From Phaeobacter sp. QD34_24 (GTDB lineage Bacteria; Pseudomonadota; Alphaproteobacteria; Rhodobacterales; Rhodobacteraceae), in NCBI RefSeq assembly GCF_028890115.1, contig NZ_JARCJD010000005.1, positions 145,880 through 209,879 of the forward strand: 64,000 bases of DNA, given 5' to 3'. Shown here one piece after another: positions 47,087-56,950 of this stretch (its first letter is position 1; each line of letters opens with the position of its first letter). Both the position numbers and the translations under genes were made by a program. The notes under the pieces were generated by a model. It searched no databases and was not told the DNA's origin. It saw nothing but the letters and a program-made list of their open reading frames with translations.

Positions 47087-48220
47087 ATGAGCGAAAACGT
47101 CAAGATCAACCGGGGCCTCAAAGGCGTCTATTTCGAGCGCTCGGGCGTTTCCGACATCGATGGCGCCAAGGGCGAGCTGAGCTATCGCGGCTATTCGATC
47201 CACGATCTGGCCACCCATTCCACCTTTGAGGAGGTCTGCTACCTGCTGATCCACGGCGAGCTGCCGACTGCGCAAGAGCTGGCCTATTTCGATGCGCAAC
47301 TGAAGGCGGCGCGGGTCCTGCCGCAGGAGGTCCACGCCATCATCCGCGCCTGCAAGGACGGCCATCCGATGGATGTTCTGCGCACCGCCGTTTCCGCCCT
47401 GGCCGCGCTGGACCCCGCCAGCCAGGCGGTGGGTGAAGAGGCCTTTGTCGCCAATGGCATCCGCCTTACCAGCCAGGTGCCGATGATCATCGCCGCCCAT
47501 GAGGCGATCCGCAACGGGCGCGATCTGGTTGCGCCGGATATGTCCCTGGGCCATGCCGCCAACTGGCTGTGGATGCTGAAGGGCGAAAAACCCAGCGCGG
47601 ATGCGGCGCGTCTGGCGGATGTGGATTTCATCCTGCATGCCGAGCACGGCTCGAACGCCTCCAGTTTTGCGGCCCGCGTCACCATCGGCACCGAGGCCAA
47701 TCTTCATGGCGCCATCGTCACGGCGCTGTCGACCCTGGCCGGTCCCGCCCATGGTGGTGCGGCAGAGGACGTGATGAAGATGGTCCACGAGATCGGCACC
47801 CCGGACAAGGCCGCCACCTATGTGAAGGCCAAGCGCGCGGCCAAGGAGGCCGTTACCGGATTTGGTCACCGGGTCTACCGCAAGGAGGATCCCCGCGCCC
47901 GCCACATGCGCGAGGGCGTGCGCAAGCTGGGCGAGGAAATGGGCGCCCCCGAGTGGTACGAGATCCTGCAGGCGGTGGTCGAGGCGATGTCTCCCTACGC
48001 GCGCCACGGGCTGAACGTGAACGTCGATTTTTATTCCGGCGTGATCTACCAGCTGCACGGCATCCCGATGGACCTTTATGTGCCGATCTTTGCCATCGGT
48101 CGCATGCCGGGCTGGGTGATCCAGTGCATCGAACAGCAGCGCGGCAATATCCTGATCCGCCCGCTGACGCTTTACAACGGACCGGAACCGCGCAGCTACA
48201 CGCCCCTTTCACAGCGATAA
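47087..48220 (+). CDS. Citrate synthase-family protein (type II CS / 2-methylcitrate synthase-like paralog)
   Basis: 377 aa from MSENVKINRGLKGVYFERSGVSDIDGAKGELSYRGYSIHDLA...; active-site blocks HAEHGSNASSF and GFGHRVYRKEDPRA...D. AGGAAGGAG RBS. Divergent from pta. Confidence 0.8.
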   Translation: MSENVKINRGLKGVYFERSGVSDIDGAKGELSYRGYSIHDLATHSTFEEVCYLLIHGELPTAQELAYFDAQLKAARVLPQEVHAIIRACKDGHPMDVLRTAVSALAALDPASQAVGEEAFVANGIRLTSQVPMIIAAHEAIRNGRDLVAPDMSLGHAANWLWMLKGEKPSADAARLADVDFILHAEHGSNASSFAARVTIGTEANLHGAIVTALSTLAGPAHGGAAEDVMKMVHEIGTPDKAATYVKAKRAAKEAVTGFGHRVYRKEDPRARHMREGVRKLGEEMGAPEWYEILQAVVEAMSPYARHGLNVNVDFYSGVIYQLHGIPMDLYVPIFAIGRMPGWVIQCIEQQRGNILIRPLTLYNGPEPRSYTPLSQR

Positions 48221-48335
48221 AGGCAGCCTCTCGGATCGGGAAATCGTCCCAAACTCTCGCCTCCAGGGCGGAAATTGTCTCGCAGAGACGCAAAAACCAC
48301 CCTAGCCTGACCACAGATTTGGATCTCGCAACAGA

Positions 48336-49382
48336 ATGACCCAGACGCGCATGAATACCGTCGCACAGCCCTCAGGCAACCGGATTGCACTGCTGAAATC
48401 ACGCGCTCAGGAGCTGTTTCCCGGCGTCGCCATCTCGGTGATCGTCGCGATGACGGCGCAGTTCCTCGCCGAGCAATACGCAACCCCGGCCATGCTCCTG
48501 GCGCTGTTGCTGGGCATCGCGGTCAGTTTTCTGGGCGAAGAGGGCAAGACCGTGCCGGGGGTCGCCTTTTCGGCGCGCGCCCTTCTGCGGTTGGGGGTGG
48601 CGCTGCTGGGGGTACGGGTGTCCATGACCATCATGATGGGACTGGGGGTGGAGCTGATCCTGCTGACCATCGCCGGTGTCGTTGCCACCATCGGATTTGG
48701 CATGCTGGTGGCGCGGTTCTTTGGCCATCAGTGGCGCTTTGCCCTGCTGACCGCCGGGTCGGTGGCCATCTGCGGCGCCTCGGCGGCAATGGCGATCAGT
48801 GCCATCCTGCCCCGCGATGACCGCTCCGAGGAACGGCTGGTCTTCACCGTCATGGGGGTCACCGTGCTGTCGACCTTTGCCATGATCGCCTATCCGATCC
48901 TGGCGAATTATCTTGCGTTCAACCATCTTGCGGCGGGCGTCTTCATCGGCGGCACCATCCATGATGTGGCGCAGGTGGTTGGCGCCGGTTTCTCGATCTC
49001 GGAACAGACCGGCGACACCGCCACGCTGGTGAAACTGATCCGTGTCTCGATGCTGGCGCCAGTGGTTCTGGTCGCATCGCTGGTGATCCGCGCCCGCGTC
49101 TCGGTACAGAGCGAAGGACAGCAGCCGCCGCTGCTTCCGGGCTTTGTCGTCGCCTTCATTATCCTGGCCGTGCTCAGCTCGTTTGAGCTGATCCCGGTGC
49201 AGCTATCGGCGGTTCTGAGCGATACATCGCGCTGGCTGTTGCTGATCGCAATTGCCGCCGTGGGCATGAAAAGCAATCTGAAACAGGTGCTGTCGGTTGG
49301 AGGAGCCGCCATCGCCTTGATCATCGTTGAGACCCTGTTCATCGCAGGGTTCGTTCTGACAGGTATCAAGCTACTGACCTGA
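48336..49382 (+). CDS. tauZ: YeiH/UPF0324-family putative sulfate exporter (TauZ-type)
   Basis: 348 aa; ~10 TM helices, family motif region (LTAGSVAICGASAAMAI...GGTIHDVAQVVGAG). Confidence 0.7.
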   Translation: MTQTRMNTVAQPSGNRIALLKSRAQELFPGVAISVIVAMTAQFLAEQYATPAMLLALLLGIAVSFLGEEGKTVPGVAFSARALLRLGVALLGVRVSMTIMMGLGVELILLTIAGVVATIGFGMLVARFFGHQWRFALLTAGSVAICGASAAMAISAILPRDDRSEERLVFTVMGVTVLSTFAMIAYPILANYLAFNHLAAGVFIGGTIHDVAQVVGAGFSISEQTGDTATLVKLIRVSMLAPVVLVASLVIRARVSVQSEGQQPPLLPGFVVAFIILAVLSSFELIPVQLSAVLSDTSRWLLLIAIAAVGMKSNLKQVLSVGGAAIALIIVETLFIAGFVLTGIKLLT

Positions 49383-49406
49383 CGGAGCAAAGCACAGGGA
49401 GGCCAG

Positions 49407-52241
49407 ATGACAGTCCAGCAACCCCGGGTGAACACCTCACCCGACGTCTCGGAAGAGGTGCGTCAGACCACCTGCTATATGTGTGCCTGCCGCTGCGGCA
49501 TCAATGTGCACATGAAGACCGGCAGCGACGGCAGGAAACAGGTCGCCTATATCGAAGGCAACCGCGATCACCCTGTGAACAAGGGCGTTCTCTGCGCCAA
49601 GGGCAGCGCCGGCATCATGCAGCACAATGCGCCCTCGCGGCTGCGCGCGCCACTGCGCCGGGTCGGTCCGCGCGGGTCGGGGCAGTTTCAGGAAATCACC
49701 TGGGACGAGGCGCTGGATCTGGCGGTGTCCTGGCTGGAACCCTTGCGCAAAACTGCACCGGAAAAGCTGGCTTTCTTCACCGGACGGGATCAGTCGCAAA
49801 GCTTCACCAGTTTCTGGGCGCAGAACTTCGGCACGCCCAACTATGCGGCGCATGGGGGCTTTTGCTCGGTCAATATGGCAACGGCCGGGATCTACACCAT
49901 GGGCGGCGCCTTCTGGGAATTCGGCCAACCCGACTGGGACCATACCAAGCTGTTCCTGCTCTTTGGCGTCGCGGAGGATCACGACAGCAACCCGATCAAG
50001 ATGGGCATTGGACGGATCAAGGCACGCGGCGCGCGGGTGATTGGCGTCAACCCGATCCGCACTGGCTATAACGCGGTGGCCGATGACTGGGTCGGCATCA
50101 CGCCGGGCACCGACGGGCTATTCATCCTGTCGCTGGTGCATGTGCTGCTGAAAGCCGGGAAAATCGATCTCGACTACCTCAGCCGCTACACCAACGCCCC
50201 GGTTCTGGTGAACGCCAGCGAGGGGCCGGAACAGGGCCTGTTCCTGCGCGATGAGGCAGGCAAGGAGCTGGTGATCGACCGCAAGACCGGCAAGCCCGCG
50301 CCCTTTGACCAGCCCGGCGTGCGCCCCGATCTGCATGCCACCTACCGCCATGCGGGCGTCACGCACCGGCCTGTGTTCCACCTCATGGCGGAACGCTACC
50401 TGTCAGATGACTACGCGCCCGAAACGGTGGCCGATCACTGCGGCATTCCGGCAAGCCGCATTCGCGCCATCGCCGCCGAGATCGCCCGCGTCGCCTTTGA
50501 CGAGGCCTTCGAGATCCAGCAGGAATGGACCGATTTTCGTGGCGAGACGCATCAGACCATGGTGGGGCGGCCCGTGTCATTCCATTCGATGCGCGGGGTG
50601 TCCGCCCATGCCAACGGCTTCCAGACCTGCCGGGCGCTGCATGTGCTGCAGATCCTTCTCGGCACGGTGGAGGTTCCGGGCGGCTTTCGCTTCAAACCGC
50701 CCTACCCCAAGCCCGCGACCGCGCATCCCAAACCCCACTGTGGCGTGAAACCCGACTGCGCGCTGGATGGCCCGCATCTGGGGTTCGTGCACGGCCCCGA
50801 TGATCTGGCCCTCAAGGAAGACGGCAGCCCGGCGCGTATCGACAAGGCCTTTACCTGGGAAAACCCGATGAGCGCCCATGGGTTGATGCATATGGTGATC
50901 TCCAACGCCCATGCAGGGGACCCTTACAAGATCGACACGCTATTCATGTATATGGCGAATATGTCGTGGAACTCCTCGATGAACACCCGCGGCGTGATCG
51001 AGATGCTGACCGATACCGATGCGGACGGCGAATATGTCATCCCGCGCATCATCTATTCGGACGCCTATAGTTCCGAAATGGTCGCCTATGCCGACCTGAT
51101 CCTGCCAGACACCACCTATCTGGAGCGGCACGACTGCATTTCCCTGCTCGACCGCCCGATCTGCGAAGCGGATGCCGCCGCCGATGCGATCCGCTGGCCG
51201 GTGGTGGAGCCGGACCGGGACGTGCGCGGTTTCCAGACCGCTCTGGTGCAACTGGCAAACCGGCTAAAACTGCCTGGCTTCACCGCCGAGGACGGCAGCG
51301 CCAAGTATCAGGATTACGCCGATTATATCGTCAATCACGAACGCAAGCCCGGCATCGGCCCGCTTTCGGGATGGCGCGGGGATGGCAGCGAGTCCGGGCG
51401 CGGGGCAGCAAACCCCGCGCAACTGGACCGCTACATTGAAAACGGCGGTTTCCACGTCAGCCACATCCCCGATGCGGCGCTCTACTACAAACCCTGGAAC
51501 AGGGCCTATCAGGACTGGGCGGTGGGCATGGGCCTATATGACAAGCCCGAACCCTACCTGTTCCAGCTTTATGTCGAGCCGCTCCGCCGCTTTCAACTGG
51601 CAGCCGAAGGATACGGGGAGCGCCAGCCGCCCGACCATCTGCGCGCGCGGATCACGGCCACCATGGATCCGCTGCCGATCTGGTATGAGAGTGATCAGCA
51701 GGGCAACGCGGGTTTCACTGTCAACGCTCTGACCCAGCGCCCCATGGCGATGTATCACTCCTGGGGCAGCCAGAACGCCTGGCTGCGGCAGCTGCATGGG
51801 CGCAATCCCTTGTATGTGCCGACAAAACTGATGCGCGAAAACGGCTTGTCTGATGGCGATTGGGCGCGGGTCTCTTCTCCGCACGGGGAGATCACCGTGC
51901 CAGTGATGGAGATGGCCGCGCTCAATGAAAACACGGTCTGGACCTGGAATGCCATCGGCAAGCGCAAGGGGGCCTGGGCGCTGGACGAAAACGCGCCCGA
52001 GGCCACCAAGGGCTTCCTGCTCAACCACCTGATCCACGAGCTGCTGCCCCCCAAGGGCGACGGGTTAAGATGGGCGAACTCGGATCCGATCACCGGCCAG
52101 GCCGCCTGGTTCGACCTCAAGGTGAAGATCGAAAAGGCCGCGCCGCCGGACGGCATGAGCGAAAGCCAGCCTGCCTTCGCGCCGATCACCTCGCCGGTGG
52201 GAACGGGGCCAAAGGATCTGAAATGGAAGGTGGGCAAATGA
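49407..52241 (+). CDS. soeA: Sulfite dehydrogenase (quinone) molybdopterin subunit SoeA (Mo-bisPGD oxidoreductase)
   Basis: 944 aa; N-terminal 4Fe-4S Cys motif (CYMCACRCGINVHMK...C), molybdopterin oxidoreductase domains, no Tat signal (cytoplasmic). Followed by an Fe-S and an NrfD-like subunit with ATGA/TGATG overlaps. Confidence 0.8.
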   Translation: MTVQQPRVNTSPDVSEEVRQTTCYMCACRCGINVHMKTGSDGRKQVAYIEGNRDHPVNKGVLCAKGSAGIMQHNAPSRLRAPLRRVGPRGSGQFQEITWDEALDLAVSWLEPLRKTAPEKLAFFTGRDQSQSFTSFWAQNFGTPNYAAHGGFCSVNMATAGIYTMGGAFWEFGQPDWDHTKLFLLFGVAEDHDSNPIKMGIGRIKARGARVIGVNPIRTGYNAVADDWVGITPGTDGLFILSLVHVLLKAGKIDLDYLSRYTNAPVLVNASEGPEQGLFLRDEAGKELVIDRKTGKPAPFDQPGVRPDLHATYRHAGVTHRPVFHLMAERYLSDDYAPETVADHCGIPASRIRAIAAEIARVAFDEAFEIQQEWTDFRGETHQTMVGRPVSFHSMRGVSAHANGFQTCRALHVLQILLGTVEVPGGFRFKPPYPKPATAHPKPHCGVKPDCALDGPHLGFVHGPDDLALKEDGSPARIDKAFTWENPMSAHGLMHMVISNAHAGDPYKIDTLFMYMANMSWNSSMNTRGVIEMLTDTDADGEYVIPRIIYSDAYSSEMVAYADLILPDTTYLERHDCISLLDRPICEADAAADAIRWPVVEPDRDVRGFQTALVQLANRLKLPGFTAEDGSAKYQDYADYIVNHERKPGIGPLSGWRGDGSESGRGAANPAQLDRYIENGGFHVSHIPDAALYYKPWNRAYQDWAVGMGLYDKPEPYLFQLYVEPLRRFQLAAEGYGERQPPDHLRARITATMDPLPIWYESDQQGNAGFTVNALTQRPMAMYHSWGSQNAWLRQLHGRNPLYVPTKLMRENGLSDGDWARVSSPHGEITVPVMEMAALNENTVWTWNAIGKRKGAWALDENAPEATKGFLLNHLIHELLPPKGDGLRWANSDPITGQAAWFDLKVKIEKAAPPDGMSESQPAFAPITSPVGTGPKDLKWKVGK

Positions 52242-53020
52242 CCGAATTACCTGCACAGACAGACCGCAAGATGGGTCTGGTCATCGATCTGGATACCTGC
52301 GTCGGCTGCCATGCCTGCGTGATTTCCTGCAAGGGTTGGAACACCGAAAACTACGGCGCGCCGCTGTCGGATCAGGATCCCTATGGCGCCGATCCCTCCG
52401 GCACCTTCCTCAACCGGGTGCATTCCTATGAGGTGCAACCACAGGCCACAGGCGCCCAGCCCGCCCCCGCTGCCCAGCTGGTGCATTTCCCCAAATCCTG
52501 CCTGCACTGCGAGGATGCCCCCTGCGTCACCGTCTGCCCCACCGGCGCCAGCTACAAGCGGGTCGAGGATGGCATCGTTCTGGTCAATGAAAGCGACTGT
52601 ATCGGCTGCGGGCTTTGTGCCTGGTCCTGCCCTTATGGCGCGCGCGAGCTGGACCTGGCCGAAGGCGTGATGAAGAAATGCACCCTCTGCGTGGACCGGA
52701 TCTATAACGACAACCTGCCCGAAGTGGACCGCATCCCCGCTTGCGTGCGCACCTGTCCCGCAGGGGCGCGGCATTTCGGCGATCTCGGAGATCCGGACAG
52801 TGATGTCTCGCAACTGGTCGCAGCGCGCGGCGGCATGGACCTGATGCCCGAGATGGGCACCAAACCCGTCAACAAATACCTGCCACCCCGCCCCAAGGAC
52901 CGGATCGAGGATCAGATCGACGTGCTGGCTCCGCTACTGGCGCCTGTCGCGGAAGAACCTACCGGCTTCCTTGGCTGGCTGGACAAGGCGCTTGATAAAC
53001 TGCCCGGAGGAAATTCCTGA
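52238..53020 (+). CDS. soeB: Sulfite dehydrogenase iron-sulfur subunit SoeB (4x[4Fe-4S] ferredoxin-like)
   Basis: ~260 aa from MTELPAQTDRKMGLVIDLDTCVGCHACVISCK...; four Cys clusters (CxxCxxCxxxC). The start overlaps the soeA stop (ATGA). An alternative start lies 5 codons upstream. Confidence 0.8.
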   Translation: MTELPAQTDRKMGLVIDLDTCVGCHACVISCKGWNTENYGAPLSDQDPYGADPSGTFLNRVHSYEVQPQATGAQPAPAAQLVHFPKSCLHCEDAPCVTVCPTGASYKRVEDGIVLVNESDCIGCGLCAWSCPYGARELDLAEGVMKKCTLCVDRIYNDNLPEVDRIPACVRTCPAGARHFGDLGDPDSDVSQLVAARGGMDLMPEMGTKPVNKYLPPRPKDRIEDQIDVLAPLLAPVAEEPTGFLGWLDKALDKLPGGNS

Positions 53021-53907
53021 TGCATCCGGCCCCTTCCGTCATCATTTTCACCACCCTGTCAGGGCTTGGCTTTGGACTGCTCGCCTTCCTCGGGCTTGGC
53101 ATGCCTTCGGTCACCGGCTGGGTCGCCTTCGTCTTTTACGCCATCGCCTATGCGCTGGCCGTGGGCGGACTGCTGGCCTCGACCTTTCATCTGGGTCACC
53201 CCGAACGCGCCTGGAAGGCCTTCAGCCAGTGGCGTACAAGTTGGCTCAGCCGCGAGGGATGCGCTGCCGTCGCCGCGCTGGTTATCATGGCAATCTACGC
53301 TGCCGGTGCCGTTTTCCTTGAGACCGACTGGCGTTTCTTAGGTGCCCTTGGCGCGGTACTCAGCATCGGCACGGTCTTCACCACGGCGATGATCTACACC
53401 CAGCTGAAGACGATCCCACGCTGGCATAGCCCGCTGACACCCATGGTGTTTCTCAGTTTCGCAATCGCGGGCGGAGCCCTGTTGGCCGGACGCGAAAGCC
53501 TTGCGCCCTGGCTCTTGGCCTTGGCCGGGGCGATTCAGCTCATCTATTGGGCCAAGACGGGTAAGCCGCTGGCGCAATCCGGCACAGACATCGGCACAGC
53601 CACGGGACTGGGGGATCGCGGCGCCGTGCGTGCATTCGAGCCGCCGCACACGGGCAGCAACTACCTGCTGCGCGAATTCACCTATGTGCTGGGCCGCAAA
53701 CACGCGCTGAAACTGCGGGTGATCGGCTTTGCCCTCGCCTTTGCCCTGCCGATTGCGCTGATGGTCATCCCCTTCTCGGGGCTGATGCTGAAGCACCTGA
53801 TGGCGGGCCTTGCGGTGCTGCTGCATATCGCCGGGGTCGCCTGCCTGCGCTGGCTGTTCTTTGCCGAGGCCGAACATGTGGTCGGCCTCTACTACGGTAA
53901 GCGCTGA
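53020..53907 (+). CDS. soeC: Sulfite dehydrogenase membrane anchor SoeC (NrfD/DmsC-like)
   Basis: 295 aa; eight TM helices. The start overlaps the soeB stop. Confidence 0.75.
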   Translation: MHPAPSVIIFTTLSGLGFGLLAFLGLGMPSVTGWVAFVFYAIAYALAVGGLLASTFHLGHPERAWKAFSQWRTSWLSREGCAAVAALVIMAIYAAGAVFLETDWRFLGALGAVLSIGTVFTTAMIYTQLKTIPRWHSPLTPMVFLSFAIAGGALLAGRESLAPWLLALAGAIQLIYWAKTGKPLAQSGTDIGTATGLGDRGAVRAFEPPHTGSNYLLREFTYVLGRKHALKLRVIGFALAFALPIALMVIPFSGLMLKHLMAGLAVLLHIAGVACLRWLFFAEAEHVVGLYYGKR

Positions 53908-53925
53908 ACCTGACTTGAACACAAA

Positions 53926-53958
53926 GAAAAAGGCGGCCCACCCGGAGCCGCCTTTTTT
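53926..53958. terminator. Bidirectional terminator between soeC and dapA
   Basis: AAAAA-GGCGGC-(ccacccggag)-GCCGCC-TTTTTT. Confidence 0.65.
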
Positions 53959-53978
53959 GACAACTGTTCAGATGTGCC

Positions 53979-54851
53979 TTACAGCAAGCCTGCGTGTTTC
54001 ATGGCCGCGTCGATCGCCGCCTTGGTGCTGTCTTCCAGCGTGGTCAGCGGGCAGCGGACCTCTTCGCTGCACAGGCCCAGTTTCGACAGGCCGTATTTCG
54101 CGCCCACCAGACCCGGCTCGATAAAGATCGCCTCGTGCAGGGGCATCAGGCGGTCCTGATACTCCAGCGCGGTCTTGTAATCGCCCGCCAGGGTCGCCGC
54201 CTGGAATTCGGCGCAGAGCTTCGGTGCCACGTTCGCGGTGACCGAGATGCAGCCGACGCCGCCATGGGCGTTGAAGCCCAGCGCGGTGGCGTCCTCACCC
54301 GACAGCTGGATGAAATCCGCACCGCAGGAGGCGCGCTGCTGGCTCACACGCTCCAGCTTGCCGGTGGCGTCCTTGACGCCCACGATCCGCGGCAGCTTGG
54401 CCAGCTCACCCATGGTCGCCGGGCTCATGTCGACCACCGAACGGCCCGGGATGTTGTAGATCACGATCGGGATATCGGCGCAGTCGTGCAGCGCGGTGAA
54501 ATGCGCCGCCATGCCGCGCTGGGTCGGCTTGTTGTAATAGGGCGTCACCACCAGGGCCGCATCGGCGCCGATGCGTGCGGCGAATTCGACAAAGCGAATC
54601 GCCTCGACCGTGTTGTTGGAGCCAGCGCCTGCGATGACCGGCACCCGGCCCGCGGCGGCCTTCACCACCTCGGCGATCACGGTTTCGTGCTCTTCGTGGC
54701 TCAGCGTCGGGCTTTCGCCGGTGGTGCCCACGGGGACCAGACCGGTCGAGCCTTGCTCTATCTGCCATTCTACCAGGTGTTTGAGCGTATCCAGATCCAA
54801 CTCGCCGTTGCGAAACGGAGTGACGAGGGCTGGCATAGAGCCTTTGAACAT
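53979..54851 (-). CDS. dapA: 4-hydroxy-tetrahydrodipicolinate synthase
   Basis: 290 aa from [51 protein letters not shown]...; Schiff-base Lys region (GVKDATG). The track start is a GTG two codons upstream. Confidence 0.9.
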   Translation of the reverse strand: MFKGSMPALVTPFRNGELDLDTLKHLVEWQIEQGSTGLVPVGTTGESPTLSHEEHETVIAEVVKAAAGRVPVIAGAGSNNTVEAIRFVEFAARIGADAALVVTPYYNKPTQRGMAAHFTALHDCADIPIVIYNIPGRSVVDMSPATMGELAKLPRIVGVKDATGKLERVSQQRASCGADFIQLSGEDATALGFNAHGGVGCISVTANVAPKLCAEFQAATLAGDYKTALEYQDRLMPLHEAIFIEPGLVGAKYGLSKLGLCSEEVRCPLTTLEDSTKAAIDAAMKHAGLL

Positions 54852-54982
54852 GGGCACGCTCCCTTAGTTGCGAGTGATCGGCAGGCAAAGCCCCGCCGGA
54901 ATGGTGGACATGACCGGGATTTGAGTTGATACCGGCCCGTCACGGCTTATCGTCAAAGCCTCTATCCCCTGTTCACAAGAAA

Positions 54983-56950
54983 ATGCAAGAGATGACACGC
55001 ATTCTGACCTTCATTCTACTGGTCCTCCCGCTTCTTGGCGCCGATCCCGCCCGCGCGGACCGCCTGTCAGAGGCGCTGGACCTGGTGCGGGACAAGGACT
55101 GGAACGCGGCAGGGGAACGGGCCGGGCCGGAAACCACGGTTGCCCGCGATATCGTCGAATGGCATCGCTTGCGCGCGGGCGAAGGGACATCGCGGGATGT
55201 GATGTCCTTCCTGGCGCGGCGCCCGGACTGGCCCGGCCTGCCCTACCTGCGACAGCAGCAGGAGGAAAACCTGGCCAAGGCGCCGCATCCCGTCACGATT
55301 TCCTTCTACTCGAACCACAGCCCCAAGACCGCCGAAGGCGCGCTGAGCCTGGGCCGCGCATTGATCCGGGCCGGGCGGCGCAGCGAGGCTGAGGCCGAGA
55401 TCATCCGCGCCTGGCAAACCATGCCGATGACCGAAGAGCTGCAGTCTGCCTTTCTTGCGGATTTTGGCTCCCAGCTCAGACCGCATCACGTGGCCCGCCT
55501 GGATCGGCTGTTGTGGGATCACCACTTGGTCAGCGCCCGGCGCATGCTCGACCTGGTGCCGGATGGCCCCCGCAAACTGGCCGAGGCGCGCATCGCCCTG
55601 CAGGAACGCACCGCGGGCGTTGATGCCAAGATCGCCGCAGTGCCCGGCGATCTGAAAGATGATGCGGGCCTTGCCTATGACCGTTTCGACTGGCGCGATC
55701 AGAAGGGGCGACGCGAGGGCGCCATCGAGATGCTGATGGAGCGCAGCACCAGCGCCGACAGGCTTGGCCGCCCCGAAGACTGGCTGCGCCGCCGCCGCGA
55801 TCTTGCCCGTCAGGACATGCGTGATGGCAATAACGAACGGGCCTACCAACTGGCCGCGCATCATTTCTCGACCCCGGACGCGGGCTATGGCTATTCCGAT
55901 TGCGAATGGCTGGCCGGCTATATCGCCCTGCGCAAGCTCAATGATCCAGCGCTCGCTGCGCAGCATTTCGAACGCTTCCTTTCCTCCGTCGAGACGCCCA
56001 TTTCCATCGGGCGCGGCGGCTACTGGCTGGGCCGCGCCTATGCAGCGCTTGGCCAGGTGGAACAGGCCCATGCCGCCTATGCCAAGGGTGCCGCCTATCA
56101 GACCTCCTTCTACGGGATCCTCGCCGCCGAGGCACTGGGACGTCCATTCGATCCAGAGCTGGCAACCCCGCCTGCCCTGCCGGGCTGGCGCAGCGCGCGT
56201 TTTCTGAACTCTTCGGTGACCGAGGCCGGGCTGCAGCTCTTGCGTGCCGGGGAGCTGTCCCTGGGAGAGCGTTTCCTGACCCATCTGACTGAAAGCCTGC
56301 CCCCCCAAGAGGCCTTGCAGCTGGGCCAGATGGCCGTCGAGATGGGTCAACCCCACCTCGCCGTGATGATCGGCAAACGGGCCGCGCAAGACGGGGTCGA
56401 GCTGAAAGGCGCATACTACCCGCTGCATCCGGTCGCCGAGCAGAAACTGCCCATGGCACCTGAGATGACCCTCGCCATCGCCCGGCGCGAAAGCGAATTC
56501 GACGCGGGCGTGATCAGCCATGCGGGCGCGCGCGGGCTGATGCAGGTGATGCCCGCCACCGCAAAACTGGTGGCCGGGGAGCTGGGCATTTTGGACGATC
56601 ACAAGACCGCCCGCCTGACCGCCGAATGGGATTACAACGCCACCCTTGGCGCGCAGTATCTCGCGCGCCTGGCCGAGGAATTCGGCGGCAACGTGGTGAT
56701 GATGGCGGCCGGCTACAATGCCGGCCCAAGGCGCCCCCTCGCCTGGATGGAGCGCTACGGCGATCCCCGCGACGGCACCCCCGACATCATCGACTGGATC
56801 GAGCACATCCCCTTCAACGAGACCCGCAACTACGTGATGCGCGTGACCGAAAGCCTGCCGGTCTACCGCGCGCGGCTGGGCAAGGCGCCCCTGCCGATCC
56901 CGTTCTCGCGCGAGCTGAAAGGCTCAACCCTTGCGGCGTTCACGCCATAG
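54983..56950 (+). CDS. Soluble lytic murein transglycosylase (Slt70-like)
   Basis: ~655 aa from MQEMTRILTFILLVLPLLGADPARA (signal peptide); superhelical TPR-like N-domain and a C-terminal SLT domain (AIARRESEFDAGVISHAGARGLMQVMPATA...YNAGPRR). Confidence 0.85.
   Translation: MQEMTRILTFILLVLPLLGADPARADRLSEALDLVRDKDWNAAGERAGPETTVARDIVEWHRLRAGEGTSRDVMSFLARRPDWPGLPYLRQQQEENLAKAPHPVTISFYSNHSPKTAEGALSLGRALIRAGRRSEAEAEIIRAWQTMPMTEELQSAFLADFGSQLRPHHVARLDRLLWDHHLVSARRMLDLVPDGPRKLAEARIALQERTAGVDAKIAAVPGDLKDDAGLAYDRFDWRDQKGRREGAIEMLMERSTSADRLGRPEDWLRRRRDLARQDMRDGNNERAYQLAAHHFSTPDAGYGYSDCEWLAGYIALRKLNDPALAAQHFERFLSSVETPISIGRGGYWLGRAYAALGQVEQAHAAYAKGAAYQTSFYGILAAEALGRPFDPELATPPALPGWRSARFLNSSVTEAGLQLLRAGELSLGERFLTHLTESLPPQEALQLGQMAVEMGQPHLAVMIGKRAAQDGVELKGAYYPLHPVAEQKLPMAPEMTLAIARRESEFDAGVISHAGARGLMQVMPATAKLVAGELGILDDHKTARLTAEWDYNATLGAQYLARLAEEFGGNVVMMAAGYNAGPRRPLAWMERYGDPRDGTPDIIDWIEHIPFNETRNYVMRVTESLPVYRARLGKAPLPIPFSRELKGSTLAAFTP

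Noticed and set aside
46202-48058. 618-aa minus-strand ORF
   Set aside because: Only the C-terminal 283 aa (46202-47053, Pta) is a real gene, with an RBS and an ATG at 47053. The upstream part is antisense to the citrate synthase gene and has no protein-like composition.
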